Notes under the pieces: model-generated
The model's database searches: none
What the model was told of the DNA's origin: nothing
What the model saw: only the letters and a program-made list of their open reading frames with translations
Position numbers and translations under genes: made by a program
NCBI GenBank assembly: GCA_044226625.1
Contig: JBGAGQ010000025.1
Location: forward strand, 14,531-78,530
From: Thermoanaerobaculia bacterium
GTDB lineage: Bacteria > Acidobacteriota > Thermoanaerobaculia > Multivoradales > UBA5704
Length of the DNA: 64,000 bases
Reading direction: 5' to 3'
Part shown: positions 54,595 through 63,990 of the stretch, piece after piece
Numbering within the stretch: the stretch's first letter is position 1
Layout: each line of letters begins with the position of its first letter

Positions 54595-56139
54595 CTACCC
54601 TTGATGCTCGGGGCGCAGCAGATCGAGGACCGTCTTGACCGGCGCGAACGTGGCGTTCGGCACCTCGACGAACTGGGTGTTCCAGCCGGCCATCGCGCCG
54701 TTCCAAAGGCCGGGGCGCTCGAGCGCGAGCAGCGGCCGGCCGGCGTGGGATTTTTCGGCGACGAAGACGGCGTTCGGGTCGACGAAGCGGAGCAGGTCGA
54801 CGCGCCGGCCGCCGATCTTCAAGGCGCAGACGAGGTCGACCGGATTGAAGTGGGTCGCGGCGGCGAGCAGCTCGGTCCGATGCGTGGGATCGAGCTGGCT
54901 GGTCTCGACCAGCTGCGGCGTGGCGGGTTCGCCCGCGGCCCCTTCGACCCAGAACGGTCCGCCCCCGGGCTCGCCCGTGTTGCGCACCACGCCGCAGATC
55001 CGCAGCGGGCGGGAGAGGTCGTCGATCAGCGCCGCTTTTCTCTCTTCCTTGCGCCCGCCGCTCGTCGCTGCCGCCGACGGCGAGCGGCCGAACTCCTGGC
55101 GGAGGAACCGCTCGGCGGCGCGCAACAGGTCCTCTTCCGGCGTGGTCCGCTCGAGCGCGCGCCGGATGTTCGCGGCCCGGTCGGCCAGATCGGCGGCCCG
55201 GCCGAGCAGGGCGCGCTTCCAATCGAGCACCTCCGGCGGGCCGCCGCCGGGGAGGACGTTGTCGATGTTCTTGATCAGCACCAGATCGGCGCCGCGCCGG
55301 CCGAGCTCGGCGAGGTTCTCGATCAGCGCGCCGTGGCCCCCCGGCCGGAACAGCAGCGATCCCTCGTCGGTGCGGAACGGCGTGCCGGTGCTGGGATCGA
55401 GGGCGAGCGTGTCGGTGCGAGGGTGCTGGATCGAGAAATCGACCGAGAACCGCGCGGAGAGCTCCGCGGCGAGGCGCGGCGAAAGCTCGGCGAGGAGCGC
55501 CTGGAAACGCGGCTCGTGCTCCGGGGCGACGGTGAAATGGAGGCGGCAGCCTCCCGCCTCGTCACGGATCAGCGCCGCCGCTTCGCGCAGGTGCTCCTCG
55601 AATGGCGTCCGCCCGCCGGGCTCCGCGCGATGGAACGGGATCAACCCTTTCGGCAGCTCGGCGTAGCCGAGCCCGGCGGAGGTGAGCAGCAGCGAGAGCA
55701 GCTCCCGCCACTGGCCGGAAGCGCGCAGCGCGGCCCAATCGCCGCCGCGCTCCGCGGCCGCCGCTTCGAGAGCCGCGGCGAACGGCAAGCGGTCGATCTC
55801 GGCGAGCAGCCGTCCGGTCTCGGGCGAAGGCTCGCCGTCGGAGGCTCGATCCCGCGATTCCAGATCGGAAACGTGCGCCTGGAACATCCGGCTCGCGGCG
55901 CCGGAGGCGGGGACCAGCTTGGTCACGCGCCCTTCGCGCGCGACGGTCGCGGCACGGCGGACGAGCTCCGGGATCTCCTCGTCGCCGATCGTCGCGATGC
56001 CGTCGCCCACCGCGCAGGGGCGGACGACCCGGGCGGGTGCCGGCGGATGGGCGAGGAGCGCGAGCTGGCGCTCGGCCTCTGGCCTCGTGATGCCGCGGGC
56101 TTCGAGCTGGGCGAGATCGGCGGCGGAAAAGTCGGTCAT
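54595..56139 (-). CDS. DUF4301 family protein (UDP-sugar pyrophosphorylase-like motifs)
   Basis: KLVPASGAASRMF, LPKGLIPFH, TPFEEHL, LFRPGGHGALIENL, IKNIDNV, GEPGGGPFW, THFNPVDLVC, LERPGLWNGAMA, FAPVKTV. Confidence 0.88.
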   Translation of the reverse strand: MTDFSAADLAQLEARGITRPEAERQLALLAHPPAPARVVRPCAVGDGIATIGDEEIPELVRRAATVAREGRVTKLVPASGAASRMFQAHVSDLESRDRASDGEPSPETGRLLAEIDRLPFAAALEAAAAERGGDWAALRASGQWRELLSLLLTSAGLGYAELPKGLIPFHRAEPGGRTPFEEHLREAAALIRDEAGGCRLHFTVAPEHEPRFQALLAELSPRLAAELSARFSVDFSIQHPRTDTLALDPSTGTPFRTDEGSLLFRPGGHGALIENLAELGRRGADLVLIKNIDNVLPGGGPPEVLDWKRALLGRAADLADRAANIRRALERTTPEEDLLRAAERFLRQEFGRSPSAAATSGGRKEERKAALIDDLSRPLRICGVVRNTGEPGGGPFWVEGAAGEPATPQLVETSQLDPTHRTELLAAATHFNPVDLVCALKIGGRRVDLLRFVDPNAVFVAEKSHAGRPLLALERPGLWNGAMAGWNTQFVEVPNATFAPVKTVLDLLRPEHQG

Positions 56140-56167
56140 GCGAGCCTCGACGGATCGGTGCGCCGGC

Positions 56168-56716
56168 TCAACCGACGAGCCGGTCCCGGATCTCGGCGAG
56201 CCGCGGCGCCGTGGCGTCCTTGGGCGAGAGCAGGGGCTCCGACGACAACGGCCATTCGATGCCGATCTCGGGGTCGTTCCACGCGATGCCGATCTCGTCG
56301 TCGCGGCGGTAGAGCGTGGTGCATTTGTAGAGCACGTCGGCGGTCTCGGAGAGCACCGCGAAGCCGTGGGCGAACCCGGCCGGAATCCAGAGCTGGTGCC
56401 GGTTGTCCGCCGAGAGGATCGCGCCCACCCAGCGGCCGAACGTGGGGGAGCTCGGCCGGATGTCGACCGCCACGTCGAAGATCTCGCCCGACAGGGCGCG
56501 GACCAGCTTGCCCTGCGGTTGCAGGCGTTGCGCGTGCAGGCCGCGCAGGGTGCCGCGGATCGAGTGGGACTGGTTGTCCTGGACGAACGGCTCGGCGATT
56601 CCCGCCTCGGCGTATTTCTCGGCGTGGTACGACTCGAAGAAGAACCCGCGGTCGTCGCGGAAGACGTCCGGCTCGACGAGGACGACGTCCGGGATCGCGG
56701 TGGGGGTACATTTCAT
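56168..56716 (-). CDS. rfbC: dTDP-4-dehydrorhamnose 3,5-epimerase
   Basis: FRDDRGFFFE, FVQDNQS, LRGLHAQ, QGKLVR, FDVAVDIR, GFAHGF, YKC. Confidence 0.96.
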   Translation of the reverse strand: MKCTPTAIPDVVLVEPDVFRDDRGFFFESYHAEKYAEAGIAEPFVQDNQSHSIRGTLRGLHAQRLQPQGKLVRALSGEIFDVAVDIRPSSPTFGRWVGAILSADNRHQLWIPAGFAHGFAVLSETADVLYKCTTLYRRDDEIGIAWNDPEIGIEWPLSSEPLLSPKDATAPRLAEIRDRLVG

Positions 56717-56740
56717 CGACAGGCTCTCCGGTCGGGTCGG

Positions 56741-57817
56741 TCAGGCGAGCCCTAGGCGCTCGCGCCCGTAGCTCGATTGGATGGCGGCGCACCAGTCGCG
56801 ATGGGCGAGGTACCAGCGGACGGTGGCGGCGAGGCCGGCTTCGAAGTCGTGGCGCGGAGAAAACCCGAGCTCGGTGCGGATCTTGGTGTCGTCGATCGCG
56901 TAGCGGCGATCGTGCCCCGGGCGGTCGGCGACGAAGGTCTTCAAGTCGAGATACGAGCCGACGCCGCGCGCGCGGAGCGCCTCGTTCTCCGCCGCGGGCC
57001 GCTCGGCTTCGAGCGCGGCGCACAGGGCGTCGACGATCTCGAGGTTGGTCCGCTCGCTCCGCCCGCCGAGGTTGTACTTCTCGCCCGGCACTCCGGTGTC
57101 GAGCACCGTGAGCAGGCCGCGGCAGTGGTCCTCGACGTAGAGCCAGTCGCGGACGTTGCCGCCGTCGCCGTAGATCGGCAGGGCCTTGCCCTCGAGCGCG
57201 TTCAAGATCATCAGCGGGATCAGCTTCTCGGGGAACTGATACGGGCCGTAGTTGTTCGAGCAGTTGGTGAGCAGCGTCGGCAGGCCGAACGTCTCGTGGT
57301 AGGCGCGCACGAGGTGATCGGCCCCCGCCTTGGAGGCGGCATAGGGGGAGTTCGGCGCGTAGGCGGTCGTCTCGGTGAACGCCCCCGTGGGGCCCAGGCT
57401 GCCGTAGACCTCGTCGGTCGAGACGTGCAGGAAGCGGAACGCCTCGCGCTCGGCCGGAGCCATCTCACGGTACAGGCCGCGGGCGGCGTCGAGCAGCTCG
57501 AAGCAGCCGGTGACGTTGGTGCGCACGAACGCGCCCGGATCCTCGATCGAGCGGTCGACGTGGCTCTCGGCCGCGAAGTTGAGCACCGCCGTCGGCCGAT
57601 GCTCGGCGAACGCCGATCGGACCGCCTCCCGGTCGGCGATGTCGCCGAGGACGAAGGAGTAGCGCGGATCGGCCTCGAAATCGGCCAGATTCTCGGGGCG
57701 GCCCGCGTAGGTGAGCTTGTCGAAGACGACGACCCGGTCGGCCGTTTCGGCCAAGGCGAGCCGCACGAAATTGGAGCCGATGAAACCGGCTCCGCCGGTG
57801 ACGAAGAGTGTGCGCAT
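56741..57817 (-). CDS. rfbB: dTDP-glucose 4,6-dehydratase
   Basis: [79 protein letters not shown]. Confidence 0.97.
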   Translation of the reverse strand: MRTLFVTGGAGFIGSNFVRLALAETADRVVVFDKLTYAGRPENLADFEADPRYSFVLGDIADREAVRSAFAEHRPTAVLNFAAESHVDRSIEDPGAFVRTNVTGCFELLDAARGLYREMAPAEREAFRFLHVSTDEVYGSLGPTGAFTETTAYAPNSPYAASKAGADHLVRAYHETFGLPTLLTNCSNNYGPYQFPEKLIPLMILNALEGKALPIYGDGGNVRDWLYVEDHCRGLLTVLDTGVPGEKYNLGGRSERTNLEIVDALCAALEAERPAAENEALRARGVGSYLDLKTFVADRPGHDRRYAIDDTKIRTELGFSPRHDFEAGLAATVRWYLAHRDWCAAIQSSYGRERLGLA

Positions 57818-58003
57818 CGGGATTCCTCGAAAGGCCCCCCGGGAACGGCGGAGGGCGAACGACGGCGGACGACCGCGAAAGTCGGCGGAAGTATAGCCGC
57901 TCGCCGCGCGCGAGTCCTGGCGGCCCGAGTGGCGGGTGTGGCCGGGAGGGGATCGCGTACAATCCGGCCGCCGTAGCCTTCCCGCGACGCCGCTCCCTGG
58001 GAG

Positions 58004-58822
58004 ATGCACCCTTTGCGCCTCGATCACGCCGCACTCCTCGCTCTGGTCCAGGCGATCACCGAATTCCTCCCGATCAGCTCCTCCGGCCATCTGATCCTCC
58101 TGCCGCGCCTGCTCGGCTGGGCGGACCAGGGGCTCGAATTCGACATCGCGACCAACACCGGGACGCTGCTCGCGGTGATGGCGTTCTATCGCCAGGAGCT
58201 CAAGGACCTGACCGTCGGATTCGTGACCGGGCGGGAGATCGAGGGGGAGGATTTCGTCCCGCGGCGCCTGGCCCTGCAGCTCGCCGTGGCGACGATCCCC
58301 GCGGCGATCGTGGGCCTGCTGTTCCACGACGCGATCGCGACCTACGCCCGAAACCCCCTGCTGATCGCTTGCAACGCGGCGTTCTTCGGCGTGCTGATGC
58401 TCGTCGCCGACCGCTTCGGCAAGCGCGAGCGGGGGATCGCGGAGATGACCTGGACCGACGTGGCGATCGTCGGCTGCGCCCAGGCGCTGGCGCTCAATCC
58501 GGGGACCTCGCGCTCCGGCATCACGATCACCGCGGCGCTGTTCCTCGGCCTCGCCCGGCCCGCCGCGGCCCGTTTCTCGTTCCTACTCTCGATCCCGATC
58601 GGCATCCTCGCCGCGGGCCATTCGCTGGTCGATCCGATCCTGCACGGCACCCCGCCCGAGGTCGGCTGGGGCGCCACGGCGGTAGGCGTCGGGGTCTCGG
58701 CGGTGGCGGGCTACCTGGTGATCGGCTGGCTGCTCGGCTGGCTGCGGACGCGCAGCCTCACCGTCTTCGCCGTCTACCGGCTGCTCCTGGCCCTGGCGAT
58801 CGTCGGGCTGTTCTGGCGCTAG
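58004..58822 (+). CDS. uppP: Undecaprenyl-diphosphate phosphatase (BacA)
   Basis: [43 protein letters not shown]. Confidence 0.95.
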   Translation: MHPLRLDHAALLALVQAITEFLPISSSGHLILLPRLLGWADQGLEFDIATNTGTLLAVMAFYRQELKDLTVGFVTGREIEGEDFVPRRLALQLAVATIPAAIVGLLFHDAIATYARNPLLIACNAAFFGVLMLVADRFGKRERGIAEMTWTDVAIVGCAQALALNPGTSRSGITITAALFLGLARPAAARFSFLLSIPIGILAAGHSLVDPILHGTPPEVGWGATAVGVGVSAVAGYLVIGWLLGWLRTRSLTVFAVYRLLLALAIVGLFWR

Positions 58823-58951
58823 CCGGCTGCTCGAAAACTCCTTCGTCGCAAGAGTTCCCTGCGGGCGCCGCTCGTAACTCGCTTCGCTCGAACAGACTCG
58901 GGGCCGTCCTCGGGAGCTCTGCGACGTGGAGAGAGTTTTCAGCAGCCGGCT
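58821..58951. mobile_element. MITE-like palindromic element (131 bp)
   Basis: Terminal inverted repeats AGCCGGCTGCTCGAAAACTC / GAGTTTTCAGCAGCCGGCT; inner IR CGTCGCAAGAGTTCCC / GGGAGCTCTGCGACG; core ACTCGCTTCGCTCGAACA. Left end overlaps the uppP TAG. Confidence 0.65.
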
Positions 58952-58964
58952 TGGATGAGAACGC

Positions 58965-58994
58965 AAAAAAAGGAGGAGCGCCGTGGCGCTCCTC
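58965..58994 (-). terminator. Rho-independent terminator on the minus strand
   Basis: Minus strand reads GAGGAGCGC-CACG-GCGCTCCTC-CTTTTTTT. Confidence 0.85.
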
Positions 58995-59036
58995 TTGGGA
59001 GGGATGAGAGGAGGATCTAGCCTCCCCGCAAGGCTA
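58965..59036 (-). ncRNA. Candidate small RNA with anti-Shine-Dalgarno (CCUCC / CCCUCCC) motifs
   Basis: Minus-strand TTGACA at 59065-59060, 17 nt spacer, weak -10 CAACCT, then a 5' hairpin, CCUCCUCUCAUCCCUCCC and a terminator. Could instead be the 3' UTR of the upstream gene. Confidence 0.4.
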
Positions 59037-59114
59037 AGGTTGGCAGGTCAATAGCCAGTTGTCAATATGCAAAAGCGGACCGGCGTAGCCGCGCGAGAGC
59101 GCCGATGCGGGCGT

Positions 59115-59687
59115 CTACTTGCCGCCCAGGACCGCTTTCTTGAAGTCGGCGCCCGGAGCGGGATCGGGACCGATCCAGGTGGCGAGGACCGCGTCCGAGG
59201 TCGCCTTGCCGGCGAGCGTCCCCTTGACCTTGCCGTTGACGGTCAGCGTCGTTCCCTTGCCCGGGACGTAGACGAGCGCCATCTGATTGCCCTTCGGGAT
59301 GTCTTCCATCCAGTTGCACAGGGTCTGGAAGTCCTTGCTCACCTGGGCGGTGGCGTTCGGGGTGTTCTGCTCGAGGCCTTCCTTCCAGGCGTCGCACATC
59401 TGGCTCTTCGAGACGCTGTAGAGGAAGAAGAACCGCGCCTCGCGCGCCGTGTCGGCGGCGAGGACCTTCGCGGCGTCGCCCTGCTTGGCGGGCAGGTACA
59501 GGGCGCCGACGTAGACCTTGATGAAGAATTTGCTCCGAAGACCGGCGCCGTTCAAGACCAGGGCCGTTCCCTCGGCGTCCGCCTTGTCGGGCACGTTGAC
59601 GCCGGCCACGGTCGCCGCATGGACCGGAGCCGGCAGGAGAGACAGGGTGAGGATGAGCGCGAGACAGGCCAGGGTAAGCTTCCGCAT
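59115..59687 (-). CDS. Chalcone isomerase-like (Chalcone_3) secreted protein
   Basis: Signal peptide; LVLNGAGLRSKFFIKVYVGALYL; VLATWIGPDP..FKKAVLG. RBS GGAGG. Confidence 0.88.
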   Translation of the reverse strand: MRKLTLACLALILTLSLLPAPVHAATVAGVNVPDKADAEGTALVLNGAGLRSKFFIKVYVGALYLPAKQGDAAKVLAADTAREARFFFLYSVSKSQMCDAWKEGLEQNTPNATAQVSKDFQTLCNWMEDIPKGNQMALVYVPGKGTTLTVNGKVKGTLAGKATSDAVLATWIGPDPAPGADFKKAVLGGK

Positions 59688-59935
59688 CGTCGACCTCCAC
59701 GTTTTCAAAGGGATGGATGCCCTCGGATCTTTCGGAAGTCTAGCCGAATCTCCCGCCGGGTTTCGTCGCGGGGTCATTGGCGATCGGATGAGATTCGATG
59801 AGATTCGATGACCGCGAGCCGCGCGGAGCGAGGACGACGTGGAGACACCGGGGCACGCCGTCGAGGAGCCCGGAGGGGCGGTATCGCAACCTCGCCCCGG
59901 CCGGGCCGTACCTGGACGGGTGAGGAGAGATCGGA

Positions 59936-60574
59936 ATGGCCGGCCGGGGTGAGGGGGGACGCGAGACCCGCCCGGGCGCCACCGCGCCCGCGCCACCGGC
60001 CGACGACGCCGAGCTGGCCGCCCGCGCCCTGGCGGGTTCCGAACGCGCGTTCTACGAGCTGGTGAAGCGCTACGAGCGGCCGATCTTCAGCCTCGTCGTG
60101 CGCATGGTCCACGACGCGAGCGTCGCCGAGGACATCGCGCAGGAGACCTTCCTCAAGGCGTTCCGGCGCCTGGACACCTACGATCCGACCCGGAAGTTCT
60201 CGAGCTGGCTGTTCAAGATCGCGCACAACGCGACGCTCGACCACCTGCGGCGGCCGGCCGTCGACACGGTCCCCCTGGAATCGCACGGCGACGACGAGAC
60301 GGATTTCTCGGCCCTCCTGGCCGACGAAAAGACCCTGAGCCCCGAAGACGCCGCCGGCCGCTACGACCTCGCCCGGGCCCTCGATCGCGCCCTGCGCGGC
60401 ATCAAGCCGGAATACTGCGAGGTCCTCCTCCTCCGTTTCCGCCAACACCTCTCCTATCTCGAGATCGCCGAGGCGACCGGCCAGCCCCTCGGCACGGTCA
60501 AGACCAACATCCACCGAGCCCGCAAAGAGCTGGCCGCGGTGCTCGGCGGCCTCGGCTGGCACCTGACCGGCTGA
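59936..60574 (+). CDS. ECF sigma factor (SigW/RpoE-like)
   Basis: AFYELVKRYERPIFSL, AEDIAQETFLKAFRRLDTYD, FSSWLFKIAHN, LSYLEIAE..PLGTVKTNIHRAR. Confidence 0.93.
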   Translation: MAGRGEGGRETRPGATAPAPPADDAELAARALAGSERAFYELVKRYERPIFSLVVRMVHDASVAEDIAQETFLKAFRRLDTYDPTRKFSSWLFKIAHNATLDHLRRPAVDTVPLESHGDDETDFSALLADEKTLSPEDAAGRYDLARALDRALRGIKPEYCEVLLLRFRQHLSYLEIAEATGQPLGTVKTNIHRARKELAAVLGGLGWHLTG

Positions 60575-60590
60575 CTTAGTGCCCGCCCAA

Positions 60591-60692
60591 AGGGGTCCCT
60601 CCCCCCGCTTGCGGGGGGAGGCCAGGTGGGGGGGCGCCTGTGGCCGCTGAAAAGCCCCCACCTCGGTCCTCCCCCGCAAGCGGGGGAGGAGG
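60591..60692. repeat. REP-like inverted doublet (CCTCCCCC(C)GCTTGCGGGGG(G)AGG family), copies 2-3
   Basis: Forward copy at 60591-60637 and inverted copy CCCCCACCTCGGTCCTCCCCCGCAAGCGGGGGAGGAGG at 60655-60692. Confidence 0.8.
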
Positions 60693-60880
60693 AACGACGC
60701 CCTGGGCCCGAATTTCTCTCCGAGCTTCTGCTGCGGCGGAAGATCTGCCGGCGCCTGCTGCGTTGCGCTCGCTCGGACTCCTCGACGGAGTTTCAACGTT
60801 CGGCCTCCTCGGCGAAGTATCGACTCCGGCCGCCGTGACACCGGCCGATCCTTTACGGGCCATCGGGGTACAGTAAGCGG

Positions 60881-62518
60881 GTGGCCCCCCTTACCGAGAG
60901 CCCTCCGCTCCCGCACGCCGCGCGCATCCTTCGGCGGATGGCCGCCCTCGAGGCGCCGGCGGTGCAGATCTGGGGCTGGCCGGGAACGGGGAAGAGCGGC
61001 ATTCTCGCTCGGCTCGCGGGTGAAAAGGGGAGCCTCGCGCTGTCGATCGGCGACACGGAGAGCGCCGCCGGCTGGAAGGCCGCTCTGCGCCTCGCCGGCG
61101 AGAAGGGGGCATCCTGGGTGGTGCTGGCGGCGCCCCCGTCTCCCGAGGCGCTCGCGAGGGCGGTGCGCTGGCTGCCCGCGGGCCTGCGGCTGGCGTTCGC
61201 CGGCGTCGACCGCGCGGAGCTGCCGCTGCGGACCGCCTATGTCTATCCGCCGGAGCTCTGGCTCGAGCCGGAGGAGGTGCGCGAGGTCTGGCGCGCCGCC
61301 CGCGAGCAGGAGCTCGCCCCCGAGTCGATCGCGACGCTGCGCGCGGCGACCGACGGTTGGCTACGCCCCTTGCGGCACCTCGCCGCGTCCGGCCGGGATC
61401 TGCCGGAGGCACCGACGGCCGACGCCCTTCTCGAGCTGGCCGCGCTCGACGGCTTCTTCCGTTCCGAGGTCCTGCCGGCTCTGCCCGCGCTCGGCCTCGA
61501 GCGCCAAGGCGACGACGCCGACGAGACCGACAAGGACGACGAGTCGTGGATCGGCTCGGGGCTCGCCCTGGGCGACGAGGCGAATCCCCGCCTGCCGCGC
61601 CTCCTCGAGTCCTGGCTGCGGAAACGCAAAGGGTCCCCCGAGATCGGCGGTCTCCGAGCGACCGGGACGGCCTGGCCGATCCAGGCCGCTCGCCGCCCGC
61701 CGGGGCCGAGCCCGGCCGAGGCGGACGGTGCCTCGGAACGGTCGGCGACCGAGCCCGAGCGCCCGTCGTTCCGGGTTACGCTGTTCGGACGGCCGCGGGT
61801 CGACCGCCTGACCCCGGAGGGGGAGGTCGCGATTCGCTTTCCCCTCCGGCGCGCGTTCGAGTTGCTCGCCTACCTCGCCTCGTCCCCCGACCTCTCGGCC
61901 TCGCGAGAGGAGCTGATCGAAGAGATCTGGAGCGGCGAGAGCCCCGCCGACGTGCAGCGGAACTTCCATCCGACGCTGTCGTACCTGCGGCGGTCGCTCT
62001 CGGCGGATCTCCTGCCCCGGGTGGTTCCCTTGCTGCACGCCGAGGGGATCTACCGGCTCAATCCCGCGGTCGACTGGCGGATCGACCGGGTCGAGCTCGC
62101 GGCCGCCTACGAGCGGGCGAGGTCCGAAGCGCCGTTGCGCCCCGAGGCCGCGGTCGAGCATCTGCGGCGCGCCTGGTCGCTCTATCGCGGCTCGTTCCTG
62201 CCGCGGGTCGAGGCCGAGTGGGCGGGGCACCGGCGCGACGAATCGCAGCGGATCTATCTCGAGCTGCTCAAGCTGCTCGGCGATCTGGAGCTCAAGCTCG
62301 GACGGAGCGAGGCCGCCCTCGACGCCTATCGCGCGCTCCTCGCCGAGGATCCGCTCGAAGAGCGGGTGCACGTCGCGGTGATGCGCCTCTACGCCGAGCA
62401 GGGGCGGCGCGACCTCGTGCGGCGCCAGTACGACCGCCTCTGCAACCTCCTGCTCGGCGAGCTGGGCTTGGAGCCGCTCGACGAGACGACGCGGGAGTTC
62501 CATCAGCTGATGGCCTAG
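60881..62518 (+). CDS. BTAD/SARP-family transcriptional activator with degenerate MalT-like N-terminus
   Basis: P-loop-like GWPGTGKS; ATDGW (MalT TEGW-like); FRVTLFG..ELLAYLA..SREELIEEIW; LYRGSFL; DPLEERVHVAVMRLYAEQG..LGLEP. Confidence 0.85.
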   Translation: MAPLTESPPLPHAARILRRMAALEAPAVQIWGWPGTGKSGILARLAGEKGSLALSIGDTESAAGWKAALRLAGEKGASWVVLAAPPSPEALARAVRWLPAGLRLAFAGVDRAELPLRTAYVYPPELWLEPEEVREVWRAAREQELAPESIATLRAATDGWLRPLRHLAASGRDLPEAPTADALLELAALDGFFRSEVLPALPALGLERQGDDADETDKDDESWIGSGLALGDEANPRLPRLLESWLRKRKGSPEIGGLRATGTAWPIQAARRPPGPSPAEADGASERSATEPERPSFRVTLFGRPRVDRLTPEGEVAIRFPLRRAFELLAYLASSPDLSASREELIEEIWSGESPADVQRNFHPTLSYLRRSLSADLLPRVVPLLHAEGIYRLNPAVDWRIDRVELAAAYERARSEAPLRPEAAVEHLRRAWSLYRGSFLPRVEAEWAGHRRDESQRIYLELLKLLGDLELKLGRSEAALDAYRALLAEDPLEERVHVAVMRLYAEQGRRDLVRRQYDRLCNLLLGELGLEPLDETTREFHQLMA

Positions 62519-62608
62519 GCGCCGCCGGTTCGCCGCTGGGGCGTCTTTGACCCCGGCCGACCTCTCGGACCACAATCTCGCGCTCCGCAGAGGGCAGGGA
62601 GAACCCGG

Positions 62609-63931
62609 ATGGCAGAACGAAGCGACGTGATCCTCGGGGCCGGTCTCGCCGGTCTCACGGCCGCCTACACGCTCCAGCAGGCGGGGGAGGATCATTGGCA
62701 GGTCTTCGAGCGGGAAGATCGCGTGGGCGGGCTCGCCCGCTCGACGGCGGTCGAGGGGTACCTGTTCGATTTCGGCCCCCACATCCTGTTCACCATCGAC
62801 GCCGAGATGGAGGCGCTGATCCGCGATCTGCTGGGCGACAACTTCCACGCCCAGGAGAGGCAGGCCTTCATCTACCACCTGGCCTCCGACCTCTACACGC
62901 GCTTCCCGTTCCAGGCCCACCTCTACGGGCTGCCGATCCCGCTGGTCAAAGAGTGCCTCGTCGGCCTGCTCGAAGCGGCGCGCCTCCAGGCGCGCGGGGA
63001 GTTCCACCCGGCCAACTACGAAGAATGGATGCGCGGCTTCTTCGGCGACGGCATCGCCGAGCGTCTGATGATCCCGTACGCCAAGAAGATCTGGACCGTC
63101 GAGCCGAGCACGATGGATTTCAGCTGGATCGGCCGCCGCGTGCCGACGCCCGACTACGAGCGGATCATTGCCGGGGCGCTCACCGACGACGTCGCACAGG
63201 TCGGCGCGACCTCGAGCTTCTGGTACACCCGAAGCGGCGCGATCGAGCCGCTGCCGAAAGCGCTCGGCGCGCGCGTGAAGAACGTCCAGCTCGGCCGGGC
63301 CATGGAGCGGATCGAGCTGCCGGCCAAGCAAGTGGTCTTCACCGACGGCGCGATCGTGCCGTTCGAGCACCTGATCTTCTCGCTCCCGCTTTGCTACCTG
63401 CCGCGTTTCATCCCGAACCTACCGCCGGAAGTCGAGCGCGCGGCGCGCGGCCTCAAGTACCAGGGGATCTACTGCGTCAACCTCGGCATCGATCGGGAAA
63501 ACGTCTCCGACAAACACTGGGTCTATTTCTACGAAGAGCCGTTCCCGTTCCACCGTCTGTCGTTCCCCGCGACCTTTAGCCCGGACACCGTCCCGCCCGG
63601 CAAGAGCTCCATCGCGACCGAAGTCGCCTTCTCCGCCGAGCGCCCGCTCGACAAGGACCAGGCCGTCGAGCGGACCATCCAGGCCCTTCAGCTCGCGAAG
63701 ATCCTCACCCCCGACGACCGCATCGAGCTGATCCACACCGTCGAGATCCAGCCCGCCTACGTGATCTACGACCTCGACCACGCCAAGAACCTCGGCATCC
63801 TCCGCGCCTACCTCCGCGACCACGGCATCTACAACGTCGGCCGCTTCGGCGAGTGGCAGTACCACAACATGGACCACTCGATGCGCAGCGGCAAGACGGC
63901 GGCGGAAGAGATCCTCAAGTCGAGGTCGTAG
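62609..63931 (+). CDS. FAD-dependent oxidoreductase (UDP-galactopyranose-mutase / protoporphyrinogen-oxidase-like)
   Basis: ILGAGLAGL, VGGLARS, FDFGPHILF, PYAKKIW, AYVIYD, GRFGEWQYHNMDHS. Confidence 0.88.
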   Translation: MAERSDVILGAGLAGLTAAYTLQQAGEDHWQVFEREDRVGGLARSTAVEGYLFDFGPHILFTIDAEMEALIRDLLGDNFHAQERQAFIYHLASDLYTRFPFQAHLYGLPIPLVKECLVGLLEAARLQARGEFHPANYEEWMRGFFGDGIAERLMIPYAKKIWTVEPSTMDFSWIGRRVPTPDYERIIAGALTDDVAQVGATSSFWYTRSGAIEPLPKALGARVKNVQLGRAMERIELPAKQVVFTDGAIVPFEHLIFSLPLCYLPRFIPNLPPEVERAARGLKYQGIYCVNLGIDRENVSDKHWVYFYEEPFPFHRLSFPATFSPDTVPPGKSSIATEVAFSAERPLDKDQAVERTIQALQLAKILTPDDRIELIHTVEIQPAYVIYDLDHAKNLGILRAYLRDHGIYNVGRFGEWQYHNMDHSMRSGKTAAEEILKSRS

Positions 63932-63954
63932 GACCCCAAGCAGGCGCACGGTTC

Positions 63955-63990
63955 TTTTGGAGTTCGGCGACACGTCGCCGCTTTCCAAAA
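63955..63990. repeat. Short palindrome (REP-like or terminator)
   Basis: TTTTGGA-GTT-CGGCGAC-AC-GTCGCCG-CTT-TCCAAAA, 24 nt after a stop codon. Confidence 0.55.
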
